A stretch of DNA of 64,000 nucleotides from positions 2,496,001 through 2,560,000 of the forward strand of contig OZ242260.1 in NCBI GenBank assembly GCA_965207065.1, written 5' to 3'. A program made the translations under genes and the position numbers. The notes under the pieces were generated by a model. That model had not been told where the DNA came from. It saw only the letters and a list, made by a program, of their open reading frames with translations, and did no database searches. The DNA is from a bacterium. GTDB lineage: Bacteria; UBA8248. Of this stretch, positions 52,807 to 62,898 are shown in pieces; the first letter of the stretch is position 1, and the number at the start of each line of letters is the position of its first letter.

Positions 52807-53799
52807 ATGAGTTCACCACTCAAGGAGTATATTCAAAGATTCTCGTCCATGCGCGTGGCGGTGCTGGGGGATTTCATCGCGGATGAATTCATCCATGGCG
52901 CTACCTCTCGCATCAGCCGCGAAGCGCCGGTACTTGTCCTGGATTTCATCCGCCGCGAGGTCGTTCCCGGCGGAGGGGGCAATGCGGCGATGAACGCGGC
53001 GGCCCTGGGCGGAAACGTGCGGGCCATAGGCGCGTTGGGGGCCGATGAAGCGGGCGAGGAACTCCGCCGCGCAATGGAAAAATGCCGAATCGATACCGGA
53101 CTGTTGTTGGCGGATCCCGAACGCATCACCCCCACGAAAACGCGCGTGATGGCGGGGGGCCGAAACACCAAGCGCCAGCAGGTGATCCGCGTGGACCACG
53201 AAAAGAAGCTGGGATTGAGCGAGAGCCTCGAATCCCGGTTAGTTCGTGAAATCGAGCAGTTGGCGAATGACGGCCTGGATGCTCTCTTGATTTCAGACTA
53301 CGGCCTGGGCGTCGTGACGAAAGGCGTCAAGGAGGCGCTCCGCAAATTGCCTGCCGAATTCATCGTCACGGTAGACAGCCGCTATGCGGGAGGTTCGTTT
53401 CTGGGGGTCACGGCCATTACGCCGAATGAGGAGGAAGTGGCGGGTTTGCTGGGGTATTGGCCCGATGAGGAGCGTCTCGATAAGGCAGGAACTTCTCTGC
53501 TTGAAAAAACGGGGTCGCGGGCGATCTTGCTCACCCGGGGAGACAAGGGGATGAGTCTTTTTGAAAAGGATACCCCAAGGACTGATATTCCCATCTATGG
53601 CTCGGATCAGGTGCTCGACGTGACCGGGGCGGGGGATACGGTGATTGCGACGTTCACGCTCTCCCTGGCAGCGGGAGCCTCGATGTGCGAGGCGGCGGAA
53701 CTCGCGAATCGCGCGGCGGGGTTGGTGGTGATGAAGGCGGGAACGACGGTAGTGGAGCCCCATGAACTCCTGGCGACATTCGAGGGGGAGAGCGGGTGA
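52807..53799 (+). CDS. rfaE1: Heptose-7-phosphate kinase (RfaE1/HldA, PfkB family, monofunctional)
   Basis: RISREAPV, GGGGNAA, TPTKTR, SDYG.G, TPNEEE and DVTGAGDT. Confidence 0.9.
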   Translation: MSSPLKEYIQRFSSMRVAVLGDFIADEFIHGATSRISREAPVLVLDFIRREVVPGGGGNAAMNAAALGGNVRAIGALGADEAGEELRRAMEKCRIDTGLLLADPERITPTKTRVMAGGRNTKRQQVIRVDHEKKLGLSESLESRLVREIEQLANDGLDALLISDYGLGVVTKGVKEALRKLPAEFIVTVDSRYAGGSFLGVTAITPNEEEVAGLLGYWPDEERLDKAGTSLLEKTGSRAILLTRGDKGMSLFEKDTPRTDIPIYGSDQVLDVTGAGDTVIATFTLSLAAGASMCEAAELANRAAGLVVMKAGTTVVEPHELLATFEGESG

Positions 53800-53915
53800 G
53801 CATCCAGGGGAAAGGCTATCGGTATAAATGGATGCGAGTGGATTCCCTGAATCCGGTTCTGGAGAAGTGGCGAGTAGACGGCAAGAACATCGGGAGAACA
53901 GGCCCGGATGGGTGA
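53796..53915 (+). pseudogene. Collapsed remnant of heptose-1-phosphate adenylyltransferase (RfaE2/HldC-like)
   Basis: 39-codon frame VSIQGKGYRYKWMRVDSLNPVLEKWRVDGKNIGRTGPDG*, overlapping rfaE1 (GTGA) and waaC (ATGGGTGA). It resembles the HldC N-terminus but breaks off just before the expected FTNGCFD..H.GH. Confidence 0.55.
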
Positions 53916-54957
53916 GCGATTCCTCATCATCCGTCTGGGTGCGATAGGTGACGTCGTTCACACCCTCCCCCTGGCGGCGGCCATCAAGGATGCGCGGCCA
54001 GATTCTCATATCACCTGGGCGGTCGAGCCTGCCCCGCGAGAGGTTCTTCTCGGAAATCCGGGTATCGATGAAATCTTGACCATTGATACCAAGAGGTGGC
54101 GTAAAAATTTACTCTCCGGTGGATTCGTTGCCCTCAGACGCGACCTGCTCTCCGTGAAGAATGTTGGCGCCGACGTGGCCCTCGACGCTCAGGGGCTGAT
54201 CAAAAGCGGTTTGTTGACCTGGGCATCAAGAGCGCCAGTTCGCATCGGGTTCGAACATCGTTATTGCAGAGAAGGGATGAACGTACTTTTTACGACGCAT
54301 CACGTATTGCCCCCGGAAAATCCTCACCACGTGGTGGAGAAGAATTTATCGCTTCTCGATCCGTTGGGTATGTCCTTACCGCTTAAGGAGCAGTACCGTT
54401 TTCCGCTTCATGAAACGCAGCATGAAGGGGAGCAGGCGGAAGAATACCTGAAGAGCGTGGGGCACGAGGACGGTCGCCCCTTGTTGGTCATCCATCCCGG
54501 GGGCAATTGGGTGACGAAACGCTGGGCGCCGGATCGTTTTGCGCAACTCGCGGATCATTGGCATGAGACTGACATGGGGGACGTTCTCCTCATCTGGGGC
54601 CCTGGAGAGGAAAAGATGGTGGAAGAGGTGGTGGCTTCCATGAGAACACAGCCTTCAGTTGCGCCTGCGACGGGCATTCGGGAAATGATGGCCTTGATTC
54701 GGCGCGGTTCTTGCTTTGTGGGCGGCGACTCCGGCCCTATGCATCTCGCTGCAGCCATGGGGATTCGATGTCTCGCGATTATGGGGCCTACGGAACCCGT
54801 GAGAAATGGTCCGTGGGGCGCAGGGAATTCGGTGTTGCATCACCGACTCGCTTGCAGTGGCTGTTATGCGAGAAAATGCCCCGATATCGAGTGTCTGGAG
54901 CGCGTGAAGGCCGAAGATGCGATAGATGCGCTGAACCGGCTTCAGCCGGCCCCATGA
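53908..54957 (+). CDS. waaC: LPS heptosyltransferase I (GT9)
   Basis: RLGAIGDVVHTLP, ITWAVE, DAQGLIKSG and GGDSGPMHLA. Confidence 0.88.
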   Translation: MGERFLIIRLGAIGDVVHTLPLAAAIKDARPDSHITWAVEPAPREVLLGNPGIDEILTIDTKRWRKNLLSGGFVALRRDLLSVKNVGADVALDAQGLIKSGLLTWASRAPVRIGFEHRYCREGMNVLFTTHHVLPPENPHHVVEKNLSLLDPLGMSLPLKEQYRFPLHETQHEGEQAEEYLKSVGHEDGRPLLVIHPGGNWVTKRWAPDRFAQLADHWHETDMGDVLLIWGPGEEKMVEEVVASMRTQPSVAPATGIREMMALIRRGSCFVGGDSGPMHLAAAMGIRCLAIMGPTEPVRNGPWGAGNSVLHHRLACSGCYARKCPDIECLERVKAEDAIDALNRLQPAP

Positions 54958-55094
54958 AAAACATGGCGATATATGCGAAACTAAGGCAGTTTATTGAACG
55001 AAGCAGGAGTTGTTTCCGTTTTTGATGTGATGCACGACCCGAAAATGCACGAATCGTTCCAGGGTTTTGATTGAAAATTGGAGATCAACGGAAG

Positions 55095-55292
55095 ATGAGC
55101 GTGGATAAAGAGTTGTTGGAGATATTGGCGTGCCCCGTCACCAAGACACCGCTGGAGTTGAGCGAGGATGGGAATTTTTTGATCGCCCGGGAATCGGGAT
55201 TGGTCTATAAGATCGAAGATGACATCCCAATCATGCTCGTAGACGAAGCCGTCCCGCTTGATGAATGGGAAAAGACCCAGGGGAAAGGTTAG
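55095..55292 (+). CDS. Trm112/YcaR-family small protein
   Basis: LLEILACPVTK.PL...Y.IEDDIPIML.DEA. Confidence 0.9.
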   Translation: MSVDKELLEILACPVTKTPLELSEDGNFLIARESGLVYKIEDDIPIMLVDEAVPLDEWEKTQGKG

Positions 55293-55296
55293 GAGG

Positions 55297-56121
55297 ATGT
55301 CTGGTTTGGCGGAAACATCTGCCGAAGCCGGCACAGGCAGGGTGCCTGGCTCCGAATCTGCCAGAAAACCGATTAGCGTTACGATTGTCACCCACAATGA
55401 GGCGGAACGAATTGGAACATGTATTGACAGCGTTTCATGGGCGGATGAAATCATCGTAGTGGACGCCGGCAGCACGGATGACACCCAGGAAATATGCCGA
55501 AAACGCGGCGCGCTGCTGATCCAACATCCCTGGGGAGGATATGCGGCGCAAAAAAATTTCGCCCTCTCGAAAGCAAGTCACTCCTGGATATTGAGTCTGG
55601 ATGCGGATGAATGCGTAAGTCCGGAACTTTCCGAGGAAATTCTCTCCGTTTTGTCTGACGATGCTCCTGCACAGGGGTACCGGATTCCCCGAAAAAACAT
55701 ATTCTTCGGCCGTTGGCTTCGCCACGGCGACCTTTGGCCGGATCATCAGCTCCGGTTGTTTCGGCGCGATGCCGGAGCGTTTAACGAGAAAAGCGTTCAC
55801 GAATCCGTAGTGGTGGAAGGACGGGTGGGTGTACTTTCATCCCCCATGGAACACTACAGCTATGATTCACTCTTCGATTTTTTCCAAAGACAGGTGAAAT
55901 ACGCCAGGCTATCCGCGGAAGATTTATCTTCCAAGGGGGTGCAACCAGGAATAGCCGATTTCGTCATTCGACCTCTTTGGCGTTTTTTCAAAAGCTATAT
56001 CTTGAAGATGGGCCTTCGCGATGGCGTAAAGGGATTTTGCGTTTCGGCGGGTTCAGCCTATTACGTGTTCTTGCGAGCCGCCTTTTTGTGGGAGCTGTGT
56101 CGAGGACGTGAACGCCCTTAG
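55297..56121 (+). CDS. GT2 glycosyltransferase (WaaE/KdtX-like LPS core)
   Basis: THNEA..I..C, VDAGSTD, QKNFA, LDADE and RLFRR...VHE. AGGAGG SD. Confidence 0.88.
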   Translation: MSGLAETSAEAGTGRVPGSESARKPISVTIVTHNEAERIGTCIDSVSWADEIIVVDAGSTDDTQEICRKRGALLIQHPWGGYAAQKNFALSKASHSWILSLDADECVSPELSEEILSVLSDDAPAQGYRIPRKNIFFGRWLRHGDLWPDHQLRLFRRDAGAFNEKSVHESVVVEGRVGVLSSPMEHYSYDSLFDFFQRQVKYARLSAEDLSSKGVQPGIADFVIRPLWRFFKSYILKMGLRDGVKGFCVSAGSAYYVFLRAAFLWELCRGRERP

Positions 56122-56329
56122 CGTTGTTCATAAGGAAGCCTCTCCGGGTATGGGCGGACATGGGGAAAGAATTCCCTTACAGCCCATCACCCATATTAAT
56201 AGTGGATGCAAGGTTCAACTCATCGCGCCACCGGATGGCGAACCGATGGGCAGGACGAATGAGGCAGGAACGTTAAACAAGTCGATTCCTGTGACGCCTG
56301 GGTTGGCTTTACGAGAGATTCCCGGATGA
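56108..56329 (+). pseudogene. Truncated remnant resembling the N-terminus of a GT4 glycosyltransferase
   Basis: LSVVHKEASPGMGGHGERI...SGCKVQLIAPPDGEP...AG resembles the GT4 'ilh.....gGG.er....l...Gh.V.l..pp' start. Only 73 codons, overlapping both neighbours. Confidence 0.5.
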
Positions 56330-58113
56330 GCCGCACACGGGTATACCTCAGACTCCTGAAATATTTGCGTCCCTACCGGTTTCGGTTCGGGGTCGCCGTC
56401 GCCTGCACAATCATTGTAGGCGGTCTGAATGCGTACCCCGCATACCTCGTTCAGCACGTCATCAATGACATCTTGATCTCGAAGCGGGCCGACATCGTAC
56501 TGTTGATTTGCCTGTCCCTTGTCGTCGTCTATCTGGTGAAAGGCCTCGCCGCATATTGCCAGAACTATTTCATGCTCTGGGTCGGTCAGCATGTGGTGAT
56601 GGACGTCAGAAACGGGCTTCACAGACATCTGCTGAATTTGCCCCTTCGGTTTTTCGAGGTGAAGACGACCGGAGAGTTGATGTCGAAAGTCATATACGAC
56701 ATCTCCTTGATGCAGCATGCGGCGACGGAGTCCATTCGGGATTTGCTCCGGCATGGGTTCACCTTCATCGCATTGCTCTGCGTGGCGATTTACCAGAGCC
56801 CCCATATGGCGCTGATATTCGTCGTGCTCATTCCGCTGGTGGCGGTTCTGGTTGTCATGATGGGAGAGAAGATTCGCCGAATCACGCGGAGGAGTCAGGC
56901 GCGCATGGGGGACATGAGCAGCCTGATGAAGGAAACCTACGCGGGAATTCGCGTCGTCAAGGCGTTTGGAACCGAAGATGAGGAAGAAGGCCGTTTCATG
57001 GGCGCCACCCGTTCGTTCTTCGACACCATCATGCGGGCCATGCGGGTTCGCTCGCTGGCGCCTCCCATAGTGGAGATCATCGGTGGTTTGATGGGAGCGG
57101 GAATTCTGTGGTTCGGCGCCCAGGCGGTAATCTATGGAAACATGGATCCGGGAAGGCTGATGAGTTTCGCCGTCGCCCTCGGTATGGCCTACAACCCGCT
57201 GAAATCTTTCACCCGGGTGTTTCATAGCTTGGTGGAGGGAATTGCAGGCGCCCAGTCGGTTTTCGAGGTACTGGACGAGCATGCTCCGGAAGATATGAAT
57301 CCCGATGGCGAGGAGATGGGACGGCTTTCCCGGCATATCCGATTCGAGGGCGTGCATTTCTCCTATTCGGACGAGGCGACGCTCGAGGATATCAACATAG
57401 AAGTACCGGCAGGCTGCACTCTTGCCGTTGTGGGGATGAGCGGTGCGGGGAAAAGCACATTCCTGGATTTGATCCCGCGGTTTTATCCGCCCGCCCGGGG
57501 GCGCATTTCCTTCGACGGAATAGAAGCGTCCCGGTATTCACTGAGCAGCTTACGCACCCAGATCGCCGTGGTAACCCAGCAGGTCATTCTGTTCAATGAT
57601 ACGGCGGAAAATAACATTGCCTATGGGGAGAAAAGATCCGTCAGCCGTGAAGAAATCATATCGGCGGCGAAAGCGGCCAACGCCCATGATTTCATTATGG
57701 AGCTTGAAAACGGGTATGAGACCATGCTGGGCGAGGAAGGAGTACGCCTTTCCGGCGGCGAACGCCAGCGCATCGCCATTGCGCGCGCGATTTTGAGGGA
57801 TCCTTCCATTCTGCTGCTCGATGAAGCCACGAGCGCGCTCGACACGGAGAGCGAGCAGTTGATTCAGGATGCTCTGGAGCCTTTGATGAAGGATCGCACC
57901 ACGTTTGTGGTGGCTCATAGACTCTCCACGGTCCGAAATGCCGATTTAATCATCGTGCTCGATGGGGGGCGAATCGTGGAGAGGGGAACGCACGATGAGT
58001 TGATGAAGCGGGGCGGCCTTTACCAAAGACTCTACGAAATGCAGTTTGTGAGCGAGGAAATGTCCCTTTCCGATGAAATCAAAAGCGCAACGCATGGCGG
58101 AAACATTTCGTAA
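56326..58113 (+). CDS. msbA: Lipid A flippase ABC transporter MsbA
   Basis: Six-TM domain, GIRVVKAF, GMSGAGKST, LSGGERQR and LDEATSALD. LPS-cluster context. Confidence 0.88.
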   Translation: MSRTRVYLRLLKYLRPYRFRFGVAVACTIIVGGLNAYPAYLVQHVINDILISKRADIVLLICLSLVVVYLVKGLAAYCQNYFMLWVGQHVVMDVRNGLHRHLLNLPLRFFEVKTTGELMSKVIYDISLMQHAATESIRDLLRHGFTFIALLCVAIYQSPHMALIFVVLIPLVAVLVVMMGEKIRRITRRSQARMGDMSSLMKETYAGIRVVKAFGTEDEEEGRFMGATRSFFDTIMRAMRVRSLAPPIVEIIGGLMGAGILWFGAQAVIYGNMDPGRLMSFAVALGMAYNPLKSFTRVFHSLVEGIAGAQSVFEVLDEHAPEDMNPDGEEMGRLSRHIRFEGVHFSYSDEATLEDINIEVPAGCTLAVVGMSGAGKSTFLDLIPRFYPPARGRISFDGIEASRYSLSSLRTQIAVVTQQVILFNDTAENNIAYGEKRSVSREEIISAAKAANAHDFIMELENGYETMLGEEGVRLSGGERQRIAIARAILRDPSILLLDEATSALDTESEQLIQDALEPLMKDRTTFVVAHRLSTVRNADLIIVLDGGRIVERGTHDELMKRGGLYQRLYEMQFVSEEMSLSDEIKSATHGGNIS

Positions 58114-58248
58114 ATTTGTTCGCATCATACAATCATGAGTTGGAGTTTCCGCTTTTTGGATCCTGATTCGATCCACAATGATGAGTCGCAAAATACGTTT
58201 AGAAATAATAACCAAGTGCATTCGGCTCTGAGCTGAGAGAACAATTTC

Positions 58249-59469
58249 ATGCACAAGCTAAAAGTCTATTTTTCCGAACTGGAGGAGCGCTTCAGGAGGC
58301 GTTCACCGGCGTCACGGGTGGCGTTTGGCGGTCTTATAGGATTTGTCGTTACCGCCCCGTTTTCGATATCACTCGCTCAAATTTTCGTGTTCACCGCCGT
58401 GGTGGCATGGCTGGCTTCCATGACCAAGGCGGCTCCCTTGGTGACACAAAAATTTCCGTTGTGGATGCCCTGGCTTTTTTTCGCGCTGTTTACTCTCGCC
58501 AGCGCCTTCCACGCGCCCGATTCGACCAAAAGCCTGATCAAGTCGAGGGAATTGACGCAAGTCATGATTTTTTATTTGACCTTGAACGTCGTCCGGGATG
58601 ACTGGGAAGCGCTATGGTTGGTGAAAGCGCTCCTTGTGGCCACAAGCATATCCGCCTTGTATGCCCTGGGCGTTTCGCAGCCAGGGACATTGTCGCTGGC
58701 GAATCGAGCGTCGGGCTTTTTCAGCATATACATGACGTTCGGCGGGTTTCTGCTTGTAGCCGGTCTGTTGGCGCTGTCTTACCTCCTGGTGCCGACTCGG
58801 GAACGCAAGAGCGTGTGGGTCTATGCGCCGGCCCTCCTGATCCTCACAGCATTGATGACGACTTTGAGTCGCAGCGCCTGGATAGGGCTTGTCGTCGGGA
58901 CGGCGGTTATAGCGGTGGCGAGCCGGCGCAAAATGGTGGGTTTGTGTTTGGCGCTTGTAGCGGTACTGGTGATATTCATCGCGCCACATTCCATAAGCCG
59001 GCGCGTGAAGAGCATGGTGAATCCACAGGACAAAACGGCCGTGGAGCGGATAAACATGTGGCAAAGCGGCGTTAATATGTTCATGGATAAGAAACTTCTG
59101 GGTTTTGGACCCGGCCGAATCAAATACGATTACACCCGCTATGCGAGCCCCGACGCGACCAAGAAATCACCGTCCCATTTACACAACAATGTGGTTCAAC
59201 TGGCAGCCGAGCGAGGAATTTTTGCGCTGGGCGCCTGGGTTTGGGTTTGGATTGGATATTTCGTCATGGTGATTCTGCGAATTCGGGATACGAAAGACGC
59301 GCCTTTTGGGACGCGATTTCGCATGATAGGCGGTTTGGCCGTAGCTGCGGGTTTTTTGAGTGCCGGGATGTTCGAATACAACTTTGGCGATTCCGAAGTG
59401 GTGATGCTGATGTTCATGGCCATTGCTATGCCATTTGCGGGCAGGACGAACGAAGTCTATTCGGGATAA
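58249..59469 (+). CDS. waaL: O-antigen ligase family protein
   Basis: Polytopic membrane protein with TLSRSAWIG, ERINMW, GFGPG and HLHNN..Q..AERG. Confidence 0.82.
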   Translation: MHKLKVYFSELEERFRRRSPASRVAFGGLIGFVVTAPFSISLAQIFVFTAVVAWLASMTKAAPLVTQKFPLWMPWLFFALFTLASAFHAPDSTKSLIKSRELTQVMIFYLTLNVVRDDWEALWLVKALLVATSISALYALGVSQPGTLSLANRASGFFSIYMTFGGFLLVAGLLALSYLLVPTRERKSVWVYAPALLILTALMTTLSRSAWIGLVVGTAVIAVASRRKMVGLCLALVAVLVIFIAPHSISRRVKSMVNPQDKTAVERINMWQSGVNMFMDKKLLGFGPGRIKYDYTRYASPDATKKSPSHLHNNVVQLAAERGIFALGAWVWVWIGYFVMVILRIRDTKDAPFGTRFRMIGGLAVAAGFLSAGMFEYNFGDSEVVMLMFMAIAMPFAGRTNEVYSG

Positions 59470-59488
59470 AGCGATTTGCGTTGCACGA

Positions 59489-60673
59489 TTACCGGAAGCG
59501 TATCAAAGATTGGAAAAAGCCTAATTTTTTGACTGAATCGACAGCCACGAGGTCAGTCCCGCCGAGTTTGTTGCCTCCCAGTTCGTAAGTGACGCGGCCG
59601 ACTTTTTGGCCGGCCTTGACGGGTGCGGTTACTTCTTTCGGCAACTCTAGTTTCATGGAAATACGTTTTTCTTCACTCCTTCTGACCAATGCCGCGACAC
59701 TTTCCTTGAGCCGGATGCGCACCATCCTTTTTTGGCCCTTCAGCACCTTGATCTGCTGGAGCTTCGGTTTTTTCGTTTTGCTCAAATTAATCCACCGGTA
59801 CTGATTAAACCCCCATGCGAGCAGACGTGTGGCCTCTTTGAATCGGCGTCGGGAGTGGCTCGAACCCATCACGACGGCGATAAGTCTTAGATTATTACGT
59901 TTCGCCGTGGCGACGATGCTGAACCCCGCTCTTCGGTGATAGCCTGTTTTGAGGCCATCCATCCCGCGAAACCGCCCGAGGAGAGTGTTCGTGTTGGTCA
60001 GGATGAAGCTCCCGTTGCGGAATGGAGCGTTCTTGGTGGCGCTCCACTTCATGATGAGTGGATACTTTATCAACTCGCGGGCCAGGATGCCTGCATCTCT
60101 CGCGCTCATTTGGTTGGTCGGCTTTTTTCCGCCCGGTGGAAGCCCGTTGACGTTCACGAATCGGGTGTTCGACATGCCGAGTTCTTTAGCGCGCTGGTTC
60201 ATCAAATCGACGAAGGCTTCGGCGTCACCGGCGATGTGTTCCGCCACGGCGTAGGATGAGTCGTTGGCGGAACTGATGATGATGGACTTCATTAATTCTC
60301 GCAGGGGAAATTTTTCTCCTTGCTTCAAATACACCTGCTGACCTCCGATTCGCGAGGCGCGTCTGCTGGTGGTGATGATATCGTCGAGATTGATGATGTT
60401 TCTTTTAATCTGTTCCATGGTGATTAACGCCGTCATCATTTTCACGACGGAGGCGGGCTTCGTTGGAAGCCGTTCATTGCGCGCTTTCAGGACTCGCCCT
60501 GTATTTGCCTCAATCAACAAGATCGAGCGATAGGGGATGGCTTTTTTTCGGGAGCGTTTCCGGCGCGCGGAAGCGGAATCTACGTCGAGCGTCAGAGAAA
60601 ATGTGAAGAACAGCAACAAGAATGCGATGATGGACAAACGGAATCGCCGACGGCGGTCCATAGCGAGTAACAT
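59489..60673 (-). CDS. dacA: D-alanyl-D-alanine carboxypeptidase (PBP5/6 family)
   Basis: Signal peptide, PASVVKMM (SxxK), SAND, LKTGY and a C-terminal PBP5_C domain. Confidence 0.9.
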   Translation of the reverse strand: MLLAMDRRRRFRLSIIAFLLLFFTFSLTLDVDSASARRKRSRKKAIPYRSILLIEANTGRVLKARNERLPTKPASVVKMMTALITMEQIKRNIINLDDIITTSRRASRIGGQQVYLKQGEKFPLRELMKSIIISSANDSSYAVAEHIAGDAEAFVDLMNQRAKELGMSNTRFVNVNGLPPGGKKPTNQMSARDAGILARELIKYPLIMKWSATKNAPFRNGSFILTNTNTLLGRFRGMDGLKTGYHRRAGFSIVATAKRNNLRLIAVVMGSSHSRRRFKEATRLLAWGFNQYRWINLSKTKKPKLQQIKVLKGQKRMVRIRLKESVAALVRRSEEKRISMKLELPKEVTAPVKAGQKVGRVTYELGGNKLGGTDLVAVDSVKKLGFFQSLIRFR

Positions 60674-61049
60674 GCGCTTTCCTTATCGTCTTCTGGGCGG
60701 GTTTAGGTGGGTTTCATGAAAAGTCCCGGGAATGATAGTTGCCCCGTTTGACTTCAGCCTATTAAAAACCTTTTCCTGGCGTTTGTCAAAATGGGGTATT
60801 TGGGGGGCAATTGAAGAATCGCTCAGATGCACATGTCTTTGATAATAATGGTGATAACTCAGGACGCGCCATACTCTTCAATTCCATTTCTTGCGTCTGT
60901 TCGGTTGCTCTGATAGGATTTGCGCTACCAAAGGGATATGGATCGAATCCTCGGTTCACAATGGAGATACACGTCAAGCGTGCCCTGTCTGAAAATGGGG
61001 TATGACATTCTTTTTTGCCGCATCGGCGGAAGGAGAAGGAGGTCTTCTC

Positions 61050-61943
61050 ATGTTTAAGGGTTCTTATGTCGCGATGGTCACTCCGTTCCGCGACGGAAAG
61101 CTCGACGAAGAGGGCATTCGCTCTCTGGTGGAATTTCATGTTGAAAACGGAACACACGGGATTGTGGCGTGTGGAACCACGGGAGAGTCCGCTACGCTGA
61201 GCCATGAAGAGCACGACCGGGTCGTAGAGTTGGTGATCGAGCAGGTGAACGGAAGAATCCCGGTCATAGCCGGCTCCGGCTCGAACAGCACCGCAGAGGC
61301 CGTTCAGCGTACTCAGTACGCCATGCGGGCCGGTGCGGACGGTGCGCTCCTGGTGGCGCCTTACTACAACAAGCCTACGCAGGAAGGCCTTTATCAGCAT
61401 TTCCGGGCAATTGCGGAATCCGCGGACATCCCGATCGTTCTCTACAACGTGCCGGGCCGTACGGTGGTGCAGATTGCGCCCGACACGGTGGCCCGCCTCT
61501 CGGAGATTCCCAACATCGTGGGCATCAAGGAGGCGACCGGGAATCTGGCGAATTGCTGCGACATCGTATCCCGCGTGCCGGACGATTTCATCGTGCTTTC
61601 AGGCGATGATTTCGTCACGCTGCCGATGATGGCGATGGGTGGCGTGGGCACGATTTCGGTGACGGCGAACGTGGCGCCAGCGGACGTGGCCCGGATGTGT
61701 CAGGCGCAACTCGATGGAGATTCCGCCACGGCGAAAGCGCTGCACTACAAGATGTGGGAACTCAACCACATGATGTTCTGCGAGACGAACCCGATTCCGG
61801 CGAAAGCGACCCTGGCGATTATGGGGCGCATTGCGCTGGAATACAGGTTGCCGCTCTGCGCGCCGTCTGACGCCAACATGAAAAAGCTTGAGACGTTCGC
61901 CAGGGAATATGGCCTGGTCGAAGAAGCGGTGGCGGCGTCGTAA
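61050..61943 (+). CDS. dapA: 4-hydroxy-tetrahydrodipicolinate synthase
   Basis: GTTGES, PYYNKP, YNVPGRT, GIKEA, SGDD and NPIP.K. AAGGAGG SD before ATG 61050. Confidence 0.96.
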   Translation: MFKGSYVAMVTPFRDGKLDEEGIRSLVEFHVENGTHGIVACGTTGESATLSHEEHDRVVELVIEQVNGRIPVIAGSGSNSTAEAVQRTQYAMRAGADGALLVAPYYNKPTQEGLYQHFRAIAESADIPIVLYNVPGRTVVQIAPDTVARLSEIPNIVGIKEATGNLANCCDIVSRVPDDFIVLSGDDFVTLPMMAMGGVGTISVTANVAPADVARMCQAQLDGDSATAKALHYKMWELNHMMFCETNPIPAKATLAIMGRIALEYRLPLCAPSDANMKKLETFAREYGLVEEAVAAS

Positions 61944-61971
61944 ATTTACCAAGAACGACAGGATCAGAAAG

Positions 61972-62007
61972 AAAAAAGCGGGAGTGGTTAAAACTCCCGC
62001 TTTTTTT
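61972..62007. terminator. Bidirectional intrinsic terminator between convergent dapA and the amidohydrolase
   Basis: AAAAAAGCGGGAGT-loop-ACTCCCGCTTTTTTT. Confidence 0.9.
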
Positions 62008-62019
62008 GTATTTGAACGC

Positions 62020-62898
62020 TTATTCTTCCAGTCCCAGCGCCTTGAGAGCGTTTCCGCCGAACCAGAGTCGTTTCACGTCGTCTTTCAGCGGGAACTTGTC
62101 GAATTCGGCCAGACTTTCCCTTGGGCTGATCATCGGCCAGTTCGATGCCCAGAGAATCTTGTTCTTGAGAACCGAGTTCCCGTAGCGAATCAGCGGCTCC
62201 CAGCCGGTGTCGGGCGTGGCGATGTATTTAGGCATCGTGCCGCTGACTTCGATGTAGAGATTGGGGTGTCGCCAGCTCACGGAGATCATCTCCAGTATCC
62301 ACGGCCAGCCTCCGTGCACCGCCACGATGCGAAGCTCGGGGAAATCCTTCGCCACCTCGTCCAGGTAGATCGGACGCCCGAAATCAAGCAGATTCGAGCT
62401 TGAGAGGTTCATCGACGTGTGGAGCAAAACGGGGATATCCAACTCCACGCATTTGGCGTAAACGGGGTAGAACTTCTTGTCGTTCGCATGGAGCCCGAGC
62501 TCCCAAGGCCCCATGTTCACGCCCCGAAGGCCGTATTCCTTCACGTCGCGCTCCAAATCGCGCAGCGCGTCCATGCCGCGAAACGGGTCGCACCCGGCCG
62601 TTCCGATGAGGCGATCCGGATAATCCTTGATGTAATCGTGCAAAACGTCGGCGGGAAATTTTGTGCCCAAGATCGTCGACATGTCGGACGTCTTGATCAC
62701 GGCCTTGTCCACCCCTTGTTCATCCAAAAAGGCGACGAACTCCTCCGGCTTCATATAGCGGTGTTCTTCCTCGTTGCCGAACACCCTTTCCCCATAGTGT
62801 CTGGCGTAGTCCGCAAGTCGGCCCGTCGGCTTCAAATACCTGTCCAGACCCTCGGGAATGGGGCATGAGATTCTGAAATCAATAACGGGTGTAGGCAT
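62020..62898 (-). CDS. Amidohydrolase-2 family protein
   Basis: PDRLIG, GLRGV, YPVYAKCVELDIPVLLH, FPELRIVAVHGGWPW and NA.K.LGL. GGAG SD before ATG 62898. Confidence 0.85.
   Translation of the reverse strand: MPTPVIDFRISCPIPEGLDRYLKPTGRLADYARHYGERVFGNEEEHRYMKPEEFVAFLDEQGVDKAVIKTSDMSTILGTKFPADVLHDYIKDYPDRLIGTAGCDPFRGMDALRDLERDVKEYGLRGVNMGPWELGLHANDKKFYPVYAKCVELDIPVLLHTSMNLSSSNLLDFGRPIYLDEVAKDFPELRIVAVHGGWPWILEMISVSWRHPNLYIEVSGTMPKYIATPDTGWEPLIRYGNSVLKNKILWASNWPMISPRESLAEFDKFPLKDDVKRLWFGGNALKALGLEE

Noticed and set aside
54954-55025. Tiny frame overlapping the waaC stop (MKNMAIYAKLRQ...); similar stubs after prfB and msbA
   Set aside because: Too short and no resemblance to any family I recognise.
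60780-61049. Lysine riboswitch upstream of dapA; AAAATGGGGTAT repeated near 60788 and 60992
   Set aside because: No recognisable L-box consensus or terminator. The 12-bp repeat alone is too weak to interpret.
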